Positions 21,645 to 32,199 of a stretch of 64,000 nt of DNA are shown here, piece after piece. Numbering within the stretch: the stretch's first letter is position 1; each line of letters opens with the position of its first letter. The stretch is from an uncultured delta proteobacterium (lineage in GTDB: Bacteria; Desulfobacterota; Binatia; UBA9968), in NCBI GenBank assembly GCA_963760795.1, contig CAVXEP010000002.1, forward strand, positions 64,001-128,000, written 5' to 3'. The notes beneath the pieces are model-generated. The model made no database searches, was not told the origin of the DNA, and saw only the letters and a program-made list of their open reading frames with translations. The position numbers and the translations under genes are program-made.

Positions 21645-23861
21645 TCACTTGCCGGCGTCTTTGAGCGCACGCCAGACCCGTTCCGGCGTCAGCGGCAGAT
21701 CGCGAATGCGCACGCCGGTGGCCCGGTCGATGGCATTGCACACCGACGGCGCCACCGAGAGAATGCCGCCTTCGGCCATGCCGCGCACGCCGAAGGGTCC
21801 GGGACCGTCGCCGTTTTCGACAAGTTCGGTGTGAAACTCTGCCGGCACATCGGAAAAAGATGGAACCCGGTAATCGACCAGATTCGGATTGAGCAATTGT
21901 CCATTGTCGTAGATCAACTGCTCAAAAAAAGTATGGCCGATGCCCTGCATCGCCGCGCCCTCTTCCTGGGCGACGCAATGCTCGGGGTGAATCGCTTTGC
22001 CGACATCGGCGACGGAAATGAACTTTGTCAACTTCACTGCGCCGGTCTCGCGATCGATATCGACCTCGGCGGTGCCCATGCCGACTTCCCAGAATACCGG
22101 CAGTTTGTTGTCGGTGATCTCCGGGCCGGCTTCACCGCGGCCGATCAACTCGCCGCCCGAGCCTTTGCCGAAACGCTTTTCGAACGCTTCTTTGAACGAC
22201 AGCCGCGACTCGCCGCACACCAACGCGCCGTCGACGACGTGAATCTGTTTCGGCTTCGCCCCCATGGTCTGGGAAGCGATTTGGACGAATTGCTGGCGCA
22301 AATCCCGCGCCGCTTTCTGTACCGCCGTGCCCATGAGCGTCGTCGAACGACTCGATCCGGTCGAGCTATCGTAAGGCGTAACTTTGGTATCGGCGCCGAG
22401 CATGCGAAACTGCTCCATCGGCAACGTCAACTCCTCGGCGGCGATCTGCGTCAAGGTCGTGCGCACGCCCTGGCCCATCTCGGTGCTGCCGGCGGCGATG
22501 TTGGCGACGCCGTCGGACTGCATGCGAATCATCGCCACTGACACCGGCGTCGCGCCGGCGTTGGTGATGGCGCAGCCCATGCCAACCGCGGTGTTTTTGT
22601 GCTTGCGCGATCGCTTCCAGTGGCTTGCGCGCACCAAAGTTTTTAAGCTCGCCGAAAGATTGGCGTCGATTCCCTTCAATCCAGGGCGCAGCTCCTGGCC
22701 TTTCTTGAGCAAGTTCTTGGCCCGCAACTCGGCCGGGTCCATGCCCAGCTTGGCGGCAAGTATTTCGATTTGCGACTCGCCCGCAAAGATCACCTGCGGC
22801 GCACCGATGGCGCGGTAGGAGCCCGCCGAGCCGGTGTTGGTATAGACCTGGTAGGCGTTGGTGCGGATGTTGGGAATCCAATAGGGGCCGAGAATGCGCG
22901 TCGCCGAACGCGCCGTCACCTGCGGCCCATTGTCGTCGTAGCCGCCGGTGTCGAGATAAATCTCCGCCTCCCGCGCCATGATCGTGCCGTCGTTTTTCAC
23001 TCCGGTCTTGATCCGCACCCGCGCGCCGTGACGGCGCACCGTGACCATCGACTCGCCGACGGAATTGCAGATCCGCACCGGCTGTTTGGCCTTGCGCGCC
23101 AGCGCAACGACGAGCGGCTCGAACTTCGTGTACGACTTGCTGCCGTAGCCGCCGCCCAGGTAGTTGATAATCAAGCGTACCTTCGCCGTCGGCACTTTGA
23201 ATACTTTGGCAATGTCGCCGCGTACTTGAAACGGATGCTGCGCGCACGACCAGACGGTGATCTCGTCGTTGACATCATAGTGCGCGATCGCCGAGTGCGG
23301 CTCCATGGCATAGTGATAGACCATCGGGAAAGTGAAATTGTCCTCGGCGATGATGTCCGATTGGGCGAAGCCTTCGTCGGCATCGCCGCGATTGACCTTC
23401 TCATGGGTGCCGATGTTGCCGCTTTTATCTTCGTGCACCAACGGCGCGCCCGGTTTGATCGCGGCTTCGATGCCGGCCACTGTCGGCAGCTCGTCGTAGT
23501 CGACGTCAATCAACGCCAGCGCTTCCTCGGCAATTGCAATGTCCACCGCCGCCACTGCCGCCACCGGCTCGCCGACGTAGCGCACCTTATTGATAGCGAT
23601 CACCGGCCGGCCGTTATAGATCGGGTTCAGATCGGCGATATCCGCCGCCGTCAGCACCGCGATGACACCGGGCAGCGCCTCGGCTTGCGAGGCGTCAATG
23701 GAGCGGATCCGCGCATGGGGAAAAGTGCTGCGCAAGATTTTTCCATGAAGCATGCCGGGAACGGTGATATCACCGACAAATTTCGCCGCGCCGGTGACTT
23801 TCTCGACACCGTCGACGCGCTTGACGTTGTGCCCGACGAATTTGAACTCGCGCTTAGCCAT
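21645..23861 (-). CDS. Xanthine dehydrogenase-family molybdopterin-binding large subunit
   Basis: KVTGAAKF, HARIRSID, GGGYGSK, YRAIG, EMGQG, GPFGVRGMAE. Confidence 0.9.
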   Translation of the reverse strand: MAKREFKFVGHNVKRVDGVEKVTGAAKFVGDITVPGMLHGKILRSTFPHARIRSIDASQAEALPGVIAVLTAADIADLNPIYNGRPVIAINKVRYVGEPVAAVAAVDIAIAEEALALIDVDYDELPTVAGIEAAIKPGAPLVHEDKSGNIGTHEKVNRGDADEGFAQSDIIAEDNFTFPMVYHYAMEPHSAIAHYDVNDEITVWSCAQHPFQVRGDIAKVFKVPTAKVRLIINYLGGGYGSKSYTKFEPLVVALARKAKQPVRICNSVGESMVTVRRHGARVRIKTGVKNDGTIMAREAEIYLDTGGYDDNGPQVTARSATRILGPYWIPNIRTNAYQVYTNTGSAGSYRAIGAPQVIFAGESQIEILAAKLGMDPAELRAKNLLKKGQELRPGLKGIDANLSASLKTLVRASHWKRSRKHKNTAVGMGCAITNAGATPVSVAMIRMQSDGVANIAAGSTEMGQGVRTTLTQIAAEELTLPMEQFRMLGADTKVTPYDSSTGSSRSTTLMGTAVQKAARDLRQQFVQIASQTMGAKPKQIHVVDGALVCGESRLSFKEAFEKRFGKGSGGELIGRGEAGPEITDNKLPVFWEVGMGTAEVDIDRETGAVKLTKFISVADVGKAIHPEHCVAQEEGAAMQGIGHTFFEQLIYDNGQLLNPNLVDYRVPSFSDVPAEFHTELVENGDGPGPFGVRGMAEGGILSVAPSVCNAIDRATGVRIRDLPLTPERVWRALKDAGK

Positions 23862-24041
23862 GAACTCTCCCGAATCGAAAAATGATTAACGATTCCTAAC
23901 AAAGCGTTTTCGCTTGTTCAAGGAAGCGCCGCAAAGTCAGTCTGTCATTTCGACTCCTTCGGCTCTGCTCAGGATAAACTCCGTGAGAAATCTTTTCAGC
24001 GCTTCGGTGGGATTCGCCTACTTCTTCGGTTATAAAATCCC

Positions 24042-24737
24042 ATGCGCTTCAAGTCACGCCTGATCCGCGGCACGCTGATCCAACGCTACAAGCGATTTCT
24101 CGCCGATGTGCGTCTGGAAGACGGCGAAATCGTCACCGCCCACTGCACCAACACCGGCAGCATGATGGGCTGCAAAGAACCCGGCAGCGCGGTCTACATT
24201 TCACGCAGCGACAATTTGAACCGCAAACTCGCCTACACCTGGGAAATGATCGAGATCAATAATCGCTGGGTCGGCATCAATACCATGCACCCGAACAAAC
24301 TCGTGGCCGAAGCGGTTGAGTCGGGGGTGATCGAGGAGCTCAGCGGCTACCCAACCATTCGCCGCGAAGTCAAAGTCAGCGCCCATTCGAGGCTCGATTT
24401 GTGCCTGGAAGGAAGCCGCGGCAACTGTTTCGTCGAAGTGAAAAACGTCACCCTCGCCGTCGACGGCAGCGCGGCTTTTCCCGACGCCGTCAGCGAACGG
24501 GGCACCAAACATTTGCAAGAACTCATGCGCCTCAAGCGCCAAGGCCATCGCGCCGCCATCGTCTTCGTCATTCAAAGAGGTGATTGCGGCAACTTCCGAC
24601 CAGCCGACGAGATCGATCGAGAATACGGCCGCTGGCTGCGCAAAGCGGTCAAAGCCGGCGTCGAAGCCCTGCCCTACATTGCCAAGGTGACGCCCAAAGA
24701 AATCATACTGTCCGAACGAATTGCCATCCAATTGTAG
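24042..24737 (+). CDS. sfsA: Sugar fermentation stimulation protein A (nuclease)
   Basis: RYKRFLADV, HCTNTGSM, EVKNVT, FPDAVSERGTKHL. Confidence 0.93.
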   Translation: MRFKSRLIRGTLIQRYKRFLADVRLEDGEIVTAHCTNTGSMMGCKEPGSAVYISRSDNLNRKLAYTWEMIEINNRWVGINTMHPNKLVAEAVESGVIEELSGYPTIRREVKVSAHSRLDLCLEGSRGNCFVEVKNVTLAVDGSAAFPDAVSERGTKHLQELMRLKRQGHRAAIVFVIQRGDCGNFRPADEIDREYGRWLRKAVKAGVEALPYIAKVTPKEIILSERIAIQL

Positions 24738-24909
24738 GGGCGGACCGGGCCTGTCCTGAGTTGATCGAAGGATGTCCGCTCTCCGGAACAGGCGACCACT
24801 CGGTGCAACAGAATCACTTACCTGTGTTTGCCACAGCTTTACCGGACATGTTAAGAGGCAATCAAATCAATCAACGACAACGTGCTTAAACCGATCGGAG
24901 GAGGAATTT

Positions 24910-25878
24910 ATGATCACCGCTCAAGATTTGAAAGGCGCACTCGCCATCATGCCGACGCCGGCAAAACCGGGGGCCGAACGTTTGGATGCGACCAACACCG
25001 TCGACCTCGATGAAACCGCTCGCCTCGCCGAAGCGTTGGTGCGCGATGGCGCCAACGGCATCATGGCGCTCGGCACCATGGGCGAATGCGCCACGACATC
25101 CCAAGCCGACTACGAAGCCTATGTCGACTGCCTGCTTCGCACCGTGCGCGGCCGGATACCGACCTTCGTCGGCACCACGGCACTCGGCGGTCACGAGATC
25201 GCCCGCCGCATCAAGTTCGTAAAAGAACTCGGCGCCACCGGAACGTTGTTGGGAATACCTATGTGGCAGCCGGCCAACGTCGAGATGGCGGTGAAATTCT
25301 ACGCCGATGTCGCCGACACCTTTGGCGATTTTCCAATCATGGTCTACGCCAACCCGCGCGCCTTTCGCTTCGACTTCGGCGTCGAATTCTGGCGACAAGT
25401 AGTCGACAAAGCGCCGACGGTGATGTCGGCGAAATTTTCCAGCAAGGCGATTCTCAAACAATGCGTCGAAGTCTCCAAAGGCCGCGTCAACTTCGTGCCG
25501 CCCGTCGGCCTTGCCTACGAGTTCGCGCAGATATCCCCGGCGTCGCAAACCACTTGCTGGATTCCTTCTGTCGGCCCGCAGGTCGCCATCGCGCTGATGA
25601 AAGCGCTCGCCGACGGCGCCGCCGAACAAGCCAAAGCGGTCGCCGCCGACATCGCCTGGGCCAACGAACCGCACCACGCCATCACCGGTTCGCAAGAAAT
25701 ATTCGCCTCCTACAACATCCAGCTGGAAAAAGTCTTGATGGCGGCGTCCGGCTACTGCAAGACCGGCCCGATCCGCCCGCCCTATGACTATATGCCGGAG
25801 GATTTCCGCAAAGCCGCCACCGAAGGCGGCCAGCGCTACGCCAAGCTGCGCGAGAAATATTCGAAACTGCTCGGTTAA
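24910..25878 (+). CDS. DHDPS-family hydratase-aldolase, NahE-like (trans-o-hydroxybenzylidenepyruvate hydratase-aldolase)
   Basis: IMPTPA..TVDLDETAR, GTMGECAT, PMWQ, YANP.AFRFDF, GPIRPPY resemble NahE; RBS GGAGGA. Confidence 0.75.
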   Translation: MITAQDLKGALAIMPTPAKPGAERLDATNTVDLDETARLAEALVRDGANGIMALGTMGECATTSQADYEAYVDCLLRTVRGRIPTFVGTTALGGHEIARRIKFVKELGATGTLLGIPMWQPANVEMAVKFYADVADTFGDFPIMVYANPRAFRFDFGVEFWRQVVDKAPTVMSAKFSSKAILKQCVEVSKGRVNFVPPVGLAYEFAQISPASQTTCWIPSVGPQVAIALMKALADGAAEQAKAVAADIAWANEPHHAITGSQEIFASYNIQLEKVLMAASGYCKTGPIRPPYDYMPEDFRKAATEGGQRYAKLREKYSKLLG

Positions 25879-25907
25879 ACTGACGCGGCGGCGAAGACTT
25901 GGGGTAC

Positions 25908-25985
25908 TCACCACGAAGGCACGAAGGATACGAAGTTCGGAGATAAATTTTTCTTACCTTCGTGCTCTTCGTGCCTTCGTGGTGA
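25908..25985. repeat. Palindromic repeat family B (TCACCACGAAGGCACGAAG...CTTCGTGCCTTCGTGGTGA)
   Basis: Long inverted repeat built of 9-bp CACGAAG units; copies at 46981-47044, 21614-21632 and 53062-53076. Confidence 0.75.
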
Positions 25986-26038
25986 AAAGTCTTTTCCAAC
26001 TTTTCTCCCGTTGCGGCTATTCCACGGAGGCATCTTAA

Positions 26039-27100
26039 GTGACCATCGATCTAACCAAGGCGGCCGCTTATTCGGACAAGACGCCCTATGAACTTTGGCA
26101 GGAACAGGAAGGCATTCCGATCTACCACGGACTCGCCATCGATGATCTCAAAACCATCGAGCTCGGGCCGTGGCAGCGCAAAGCCGCCGCCGGCGCGTTT
26201 ATCAATATGCTCGGCGCCGGCAGAAGTTGCGATGCTTATGTCTGCGAGATCGCTGCGAAGAGGCAGACAGCCGCCGAGCGCTATCTCTTCGAAGAGCTGA
26301 TCTACGTTGTCAAAGGCCGGGGCGCGACCACCGTGTGGCAAGAAGGCGGTCGCAAGCAAACTTTTGAATGGCACGAAGGCAGCATGTTTTCCGCGCCGCT
26401 CAATTCCTGGCGCCAGCATTTCAACGCCCAGGGCGATGAGCCGGCGCGCTTCGTCGCGCTCACCGACGCGCCGGTCATGATCAACCGCTTTCGCAATCTC
26501 AACTTCGTGCTCAACAACAATTTCGCTTTCGCCGATCGCTTTAACGGCGAAGAGGGTTACTTCAGCGGCAAAGGCCGGGAAGTCACCGGCCATCGCACTT
26601 GGGATTCCAACTTCATCGCCGATATCCCAAATTTCGGGCTAATGGAACATAGCGCCCGCGGCCAGGGAGCGCGCGGCATCTTGCTGCATTTTGCCGCCAA
26701 CACGATGTCCGCCCATATCGAAGAGTACCCCGTCGGCACCTATCCGCGCGCCCATTGGCATGGTCCCGGCGCGCATATTTTGATTCTCTCCGGCGCAGGC
26801 TATTCGTTGCTCTGGGAACCTGGCAAAAAGCGCGAGCGCATTGACTGGAAGCCCGGCAGCCTGTTCGCGCCACCGGCCAAGTGGTTCCATCAACATTTCA
26901 ATCCCGGCAAAGAGCCGGCGCGCTATCTCGCGCTCAAGCCCTGGGGCTTCACCTATCAGGTCGAAGACTTGGTAAAGACACTGGAAGTCGAAGCCAGCGG
27001 CGGCACCCAGATCGACTACCAAGACCAAGACCCGGAGATTCATCAGACATTCGTCAGAGAGTGCGCCAAACGCGGCGTCGAAGTGCGGCTAAAATTGTGA
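26039..27100 (+). CDS. Bicupin protein (gentisate dioxygenase-like)
   Basis: FEELIYVVKGRG, AHWHGPGAH, WFHQHFN. Confidence 0.8.
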   Translation: MTIDLTKAAAYSDKTPYELWQEQEGIPIYHGLAIDDLKTIELGPWQRKAAAGAFINMLGAGRSCDAYVCEIAAKRQTAAERYLFEELIYVVKGRGATTVWQEGGRKQTFEWHEGSMFSAPLNSWRQHFNAQGDEPARFVALTDAPVMINRFRNLNFVLNNNFAFADRFNGEEGYFSGKGREVTGHRTWDSNFIADIPNFGLMEHSARGQGARGILLHFAANTMSAHIEEYPVGTYPRAHWHGPGAHILILSGAGYSLLWEPGKKRERIDWKPGSLFAPPAKWFHQHFNPGKEPARYLALKPWGFTYQVEDLVKTLEVEASGGTQIDYQDQDPEIHQTFVRECAKRGVEVRLKL

Positions 27101-27193
27101 AGTTTGTAAAGCAACCACAGCGCACGCTGACGTCCGCAGTTCAAGCAGCTTCACAAGCAACGTCAAGATGCTCAGCGTAAATGGATTGTCGTC

Positions 27194-28270
27194 ATGGATT
27201 TGAATGCATTTCCATTCCTCCTGGAGCCATCGAGGGACTCCGAACAATCGTTCAAATACTCTCCGAGTCCGTGGTTAATCGCGCAAGCTGTGCTTCTGCT
27301 CTGCGCTGTGATGACTCTTGCGGCACCGCGCGATTTGAACGCCCAGGAACAAATCCTCGTCGGCTACGACGGCCACGCCGGCTTCCAAGGCGCGATCTGG
27401 GCAACTAAAGATCTCGGCTTGTTCGAGAAGCATGGACTTGCCGGCGAGCTCATCCTGATTCCCGGCAGCGCCCGCGGCATGGCCGCGCTGCTCTCGGGCA
27501 GCGTGCCGTTCATCCAAGGTTCCGCCACCGCGCCGCTGGCGGCGTTCTTACGCGGCGGCGATGTCGCGGTGATCGCCGCGGCCTATAATAAACTGCCCTT
27601 GAGCGTGGTCGCGCGCAAAGAAATCCGCACCCCGGCTGATTTAATCGGCAAGAAGTTGGGCATTCTGAATTTTGGCGGTTCCAACGATCTCGGAGTCACC
27701 TTGGCGCTGAAAGAATGGAATATTCCGCGCAGCGCCGTGACCATACTGGCCGCCGGCGGCGCGCCGGAACGGTTCGCGGCATTGATGAGCGGCAATATCG
27801 ACGCCACGGTGTTGTCCCCGCCGGAAACCGTCGCCGCGACGCGCGCGGGCTTGCGCATTCTCGCCAACCTCGGCGATTTAAATGCAGCATTCCCGCAAAC
27901 CCTGATCATGGTGCGCCGCTCCTATCTCGCGAGTAAACGGGACACGGTCAAACGCTTTATCCGCGCCTATAGCGAAGGCATTTTTGAGTTTAAGACCAAC
28001 CGCGACAAGGCCATCAAGATTTACGCCCACCGGCTCAAGCAAAAAGATCTAACCGTTCTCGACGAGACGCACGGCTTTTACGGCCCGAATTTTTCCCTGC
28101 CGCCGCGCATCGATCGCAACGGCATCGCCAACACCCTCGATCTAGTGCGTCAAACCAGCGAGGTTAAGGGCGACGTGAATCTTGCATCGTTCGTCGATGA
28201 GTCGATCATTGACGAGTTGGAACGGGACGGCTTTTACAAAAAATTCGTCGATCCGAAAGCAAAGAAATAA
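27194..28270 (+). CDS. ABC substrate-binding protein (NMT1/SsuA-like)
   Basis: GLFEKHGL, DLIGKKLG, GNIDAT..PP, VDESIIDELE. Confidence 0.8.
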   Translation: MDLNAFPFLLEPSRDSEQSFKYSPSPWLIAQAVLLLCAVMTLAAPRDLNAQEQILVGYDGHAGFQGAIWATKDLGLFEKHGLAGELILIPGSARGMAALLSGSVPFIQGSATAPLAAFLRGGDVAVIAAAYNKLPLSVVARKEIRTPADLIGKKLGILNFGGSNDLGVTLALKEWNIPRSAVTILAAGGAPERFAALMSGNIDATVLSPPETVAATRAGLRILANLGDLNAAFPQTLIMVRRSYLASKRDTVKRFIRAYSEGIFEFKTNRDKAIKIYAHRLKQKDLTVLDETHGFYGPNFSLPPRIDRNGIANTLDLVRQTSEVKGDVNLASFVDESIIDELERDGFYKKFVDPKAKK

Positions 28271-28286
28271 GTCATAGAAAGAACAC

Positions 28287-29369
28287 ATGACCGAACCAAA
28301 AATTTCCACCGAATCGATTACGCCAAAAAGCAGCTCCTACAAAAAGTGGGTCGAGAGCGAAGGCATACCGCTGGTCGAGAGTTTCTTCATCGACGATATC
28401 GCCCAGGTACCGTTGGAACCCTGGAAACGCACCGGCGGCCTGGGCGTGCGCTTGTGTTTGGCCGGCACCGGCGAAACCAACGACGCCTATATCTGCGAGA
28501 TTCCTGCCCGGTAAATCCTTGGCGCCGGAAAAACATATGTACGAGGAGTTGATCTACGTCATCAGCGGCCGCGGCGCGGCGACGATTTGGAACGAAGGCG
28601 AGCCCAAGCGCACGTTTGAATGGCAGGAAGGCTCGCTATTCTCGCCGCCGCTCAATTCCTGGCACGAGATTTTTAATGGCAATGGCAGCGAGCCGGCGCG
28701 CTTTCTCGCCGTCACCAGCGCGCCCTGCATGATCAACCTGATTCACAACACCGATTTCATTTTCAATTGTCCGTACGTCTTCAGTGACCGTTACCACTCC
28801 CAGGAAGATTACTTCGGCAATCCCGGCACCTGGTATTCCGGCCGCACCTGGAACACCAACTTCGTCGCCGATGTGAAGAATTTGAAACTCTTAGAATGGA
28901 AGGAGCGCGGCGGCGGCGGCTCGCAGGTGCGCTTGGAACTGTCGGAGAACACCTCTGCGGCCATATCTCGCAGTTCGCCGTCGGCAGCTACAAGAAAGCC
29001 CACTTCCACGGCCCCGGCGCCCATGTGATCATCCTCGCCGGCAACGGCTATTCGCTACTCTGGCCGCGCGGACAAGAGATCAAACGCTTCGATTGGCACC
29101 CCGGCAGCCTGGTCGTGCCACCGGGCGGCTGGTTTCACCAACATTTTAATTCTGGCTCGGTTCCCGTGCGCTATTTGGCGCTGCGTTGGGGCAGCCAGAA
29201 ATATCACGAGATGTGGGGCGAAGGCCGCGGCAAAGCCGACGTCGACGTCAAACTCGGCGGCAATCAAATCGAGTATGAAGACGAAGATTTGCTCGTCCGT
29301 AAGATGTTCGGCGAAGCGTGCGAAAAGGCCGGCGTCGACAATTTGATGGCGCGATACTATCTGAAATAG
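28287..29369 (+). CDS. Bicupin paralog of 26039-27100; two frameshifts (near 28510 and 28955)
   Basis: Three consecutive ORFs align colinearly with the upstream paralog (YEELIYV, AHFHGPGAH, WFHQHFN). Confidence 0.75.
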
Positions 29370-29402
29370 CCGATAGAATCTTGCTAATGGGAGAAACACT
29401 CA

Positions 29403-30521
29403 ATGGCCGATCTCGCTGACCTGTTTCGCACCGGACCGAACACGCTTGGCGGGCGCTACATGCGCACGCTCTGGCATCCGATTTTCATCGCGGCGGAGCT
29501 GAAACCGGGCTGGGCCAAGCCGGTACAGATCCTCGGCGAAAAGTTTACGCTCTATCGCGGCGAGAGCGGCACGCCCCATCTGACCGCGTTTCGCTGCGCC
29601 CATCGCGGACTGCAACTGTCGGTCGGCTGGATCGAGGGCGACTGCATTCGCTGCCGCTTTCACGGCTGGAAATACGACGGCAGCGGTCAATGCGTCGAAG
29701 TGCCGACTGAAGATGAATCGACGGCGAAAACCGTGCGGTTGCGCACCTATCCGGTGCGCGAATACTTGGGGCTGATCTTCGCTTACATCGGCGAGGGTGA
29801 CGCGCCCGAATTTCCCCGCTACCCGGATTTCGAATCCGGCGGCGAGCTCTGGGTCGAGGCCTACACGCGCGCCTGTAATTTCGTCATCAACATGGAAAAC
29901 GATCCGGTGCATATCCCCTTCGCGCACCGCGAGTCCGAACTGTTCGCCAATAAGCCCGTCGAAATACCGGTGAAGGTCGACGCCGAAGAAACCGACTGGG
30001 GCATCGATATCCGCTCGACGTTTGCCAATGGCTGGGTGCACACCAATCAGCGCGGCTGGCCGAACATGACCTGCTTCAAATCGCCGCGCCAGCAACACCG
30101 CAGCCATTTGACCTGGCGCGTGCCGATCGACGATGACAATCACTGGAGCTTTCAAGTCGATATCATGTACGACACCGCCGGCCCGGAAAAGATGAAGCAA
30201 TATCGCCTGCGTCACGCCGCCCGCGGCGGCAAGGTCGGCCGGTCGTATATCGAACTCGGCGAAGCGATCCTGCGCGGCGAGCTGCGCATTCAAGACATCG
30301 ACGGCGACGATAAGGCGAACATGATCTGGATCCAAGATTACGTTACCCAGGTTGGTCAAGGGCCGTTGTCGGAGCGCAAGAGCGAACGCTTGATTCGCGC
30401 CGACGTGGGGCTGCTGCTCTATCGAAAACTCTGGGAACGAGAAGTCATGGCGCATGCCGAAGGGCGTCCGTTGAAGCAGTGGTATCGTTCGGAAGCGGTC
30501 ATCGACAGCGAAGATGAGTGA
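29403..30521 (+). CDS. Rieske non-heme iron oxygenase alpha subunit (phthalate/vanillate-type)
   Basis: CAHRG...CRFHGW Rieske motif; DPVHIPFAH mononuclear Fe motif; QD..QVGQG. Confidence 0.88.
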   Translation: MADLADLFRTGPNTLGGRYMRTLWHPIFIAAELKPGWAKPVQILGEKFTLYRGESGTPHLTAFRCAHRGLQLSVGWIEGDCIRCRFHGWKYDGSGQCVEVPTEDESTAKTVRLRTYPVREYLGLIFAYIGEGDAPEFPRYPDFESGGELWVEAYTRACNFVINMENDPVHIPFAHRESELFANKPVEIPVKVDAEETDWGIDIRSTFANGWVHTNQRGWPNMTCFKSPRQQHRSHLTWRVPIDDDNHWSFQVDIMYDTAGPEKMKQYRLRHAARGGKVGRSYIELGEAILRGELRIQDIDGDDKANMIWIQDYVTQVGQGPLSERKSERLIRADVGLLLYRKLWEREVMAHAEGRPLKQWYRSEAVIDSEDE

Positions 30522-30528
30522 CAAATAC

Positions 30529-30606
30529 GTCGTTCCCGCGCCCGCGGGAATCCAGATCTATGGGCACACGGAAACGAAGATGGATACCGGCCTGCGCCGG
30601 TATGAC
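30529..30606. repeat. REP-like element, family A
   Basis: GTCGTTCCCGCGCCCGCGGGAATCCAG...TGGATACCGGCCTGCGCCGGTATGAC; lies between convergent genes. Confidence 0.75.
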
Positions 30607-30715
30607 GGACGGAGATTGTCCCGAACACGGACAAGGAACGGGTAACGGAGAGTACTTTCCGACGAGGTGATATTCGGAGCCGGTTTGCGTAAATCTATTT
30701 CTCGGTAGAACAACG

Positions 30716-31313
30716 CTAACGCTTGAATCCACCGACGATGGCGCGCTTGCCGCCATCCCAGAAGCGCTGGACATCTGCGAATCCCGCCCGGCGCAGCCAT
30801 TGTCAACTGTTCAGCTACCGAGGGTGTCATGCGATCGAGATTCAAGAAGCAGCCGCCGGGCTTCACTAACGAAAAAGTCTCCGCATAAATCGACCGAATG
30901 ATGTCATGTTCGCGAACATTGTGAATGGCGATGGACGAGACTACAGCGTCGAATGGCCCTTTGAGCTTCTTGCTCCAGCCGGTTTTGCTCAGATCGCATT
31001 GCACGAACTTCACCCGTCCCTTTAACTTCGCCAAGCGCTTGCGTCCAAGGGCGAGCATCTCAGCCGAACCGTCGTGGCAGACCGCCTTGGCGTTGGGAAA
31101 TTCACCGAGAAGAAAACTAGTCAACGCGCCATAGCCGGCGCCGATATCCAAGATGGTGATCTTGGCGCTCGGCTCGAACGGCAAACTGTCGGCTAGTACT
31201 TTGAACGCATCCTGCCGATCGGCTTCTTTTGTATCCTGCCGATTGGCCCACTGCTCGACATAGTCGCGCGCCGCCCAATCGTGATGATCCCAAGGATCGG
31301 TGATTTTCGCCAT
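30716..31313 (-). CDS. Class I SAM-dependent methyltransferase; frameshift near 30800
   Basis: ILDIGAGYG, FDAVVSSIAIH, KPGGCF; alternative frame ends AGFADVQRFWDGGKRAIVGGFKR*. Confidence 0.8.
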
Positions 31314-31396
31314 GACGCAATCCATATCGAATCACTTGTGCGCCTGTCAAATTATTGTAGCATCGAACCCACATTCGCATTGAAGGAGTTGGCCTC

Positions 31397-32182
31397 ATGA
31401 AATTACAAAACCAAGTAGCCCTGATCATCGGCGGCGCGCGCGGCATCGGCGAAACCATCGCCCACACTTTTTCTAAGGAAGGCGCGAGCCTCGTCCTGGT
31501 CGATCTTGAAAAGATGAAAACCGAACTCGACGCGGTGGCGCAGGCGGTCAATCAAAACGGCGGCAAAGCCGTCGCCATCACCGCCGACTGCAGCGACGAC
31601 CGGCAGGTAAACAACTTGGTCGACGAAACCGTGCGCCGCTTCGGCAAGATCGATGTGCTGGTCAACAGCGCCGGTTTTCGCGGTCCATTGGTGGCGGTGA
31701 CCGAGATCAGCGACAAAGAATTCGACGACGTGATTCTTTACAATTTGAAGCTGGTATTTCTCTGCTGCCGCGCGGTCTTGAAACAAATGGTCAAGCAGAA
31801 GAGCGGCAGCATCGTCAGCATCTCCGGCACCGCCGGCCGCGAAGGCATGGCGATGCGCGGCTCGCTGTGCGCCGCCAAATGGGGCGTGGTCGGCCTGACG
31901 CAGACTATCGCCAAGGAGTACGGCCCGCACGGCATCCGCGCCAACATCATCTGCCCCGGCGGCATGGACGAACCCGACCTGCGCGAAATGTACGCCCAGC
32001 GCGCCAAAAACTTGGGCATGACGGTCGAAGCCCATGAGGCGCAAATCCTCGCCCTCACGCCGCTGCGCAAGTACGCCAAACATGAGGAAGTCGCCAACGC
32101 GGCACTGTTCTTGGCCTCGAGCGATTCGTCGCACACGACGGGAGAGTCATTGAATGTGTCGGGCGGCAGATTGATGAGCTGA
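31397..32182 (+). CDS. SDR family oxidoreductase with atypical active site
   Basis: GGARGIG, VNSAG, N.ICPG; the YxxxK position reads LCAAK. Confidence 0.85.
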   Translation: MKLQNQVALIIGGARGIGETIAHTFSKEGASLVLVDLEKMKTELDAVAQAVNQNGGKAVAITADCSDDRQVNNLVDETVRRFGKIDVLVNSAGFRGPLVAVTEISDKEFDDVILYNLKLVFLCCRAVLKQMVKQKSGSIVSISGTAGREGMAMRGSLCAAKWGVVGLTQTIAKEYGPHGIRANIICPGGMDEPDLREMYAQRAKNLGMTVEAHEAQILALTPLRKYAKHEEVANAALFLASSDSSHTTGESLNVSGGRLMS

Positions 32183-32199
32183 GCGTCCGCGGTTTTAGT

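Noticed and set aside
21645-23861. Aerobic CO dehydrogenase CoxL
   Set aside because: Lacks the AYXCSFR motif and has no coxM/coxS
29400-30524. 374-aa antisense ORF mirroring the Rieske oxygenase (also 24886-25914, 22770-23885, 49668-51185)
   Set aside because: Shadow ORFs expected from high-GC codon bias; no recognisable motifs or RBS
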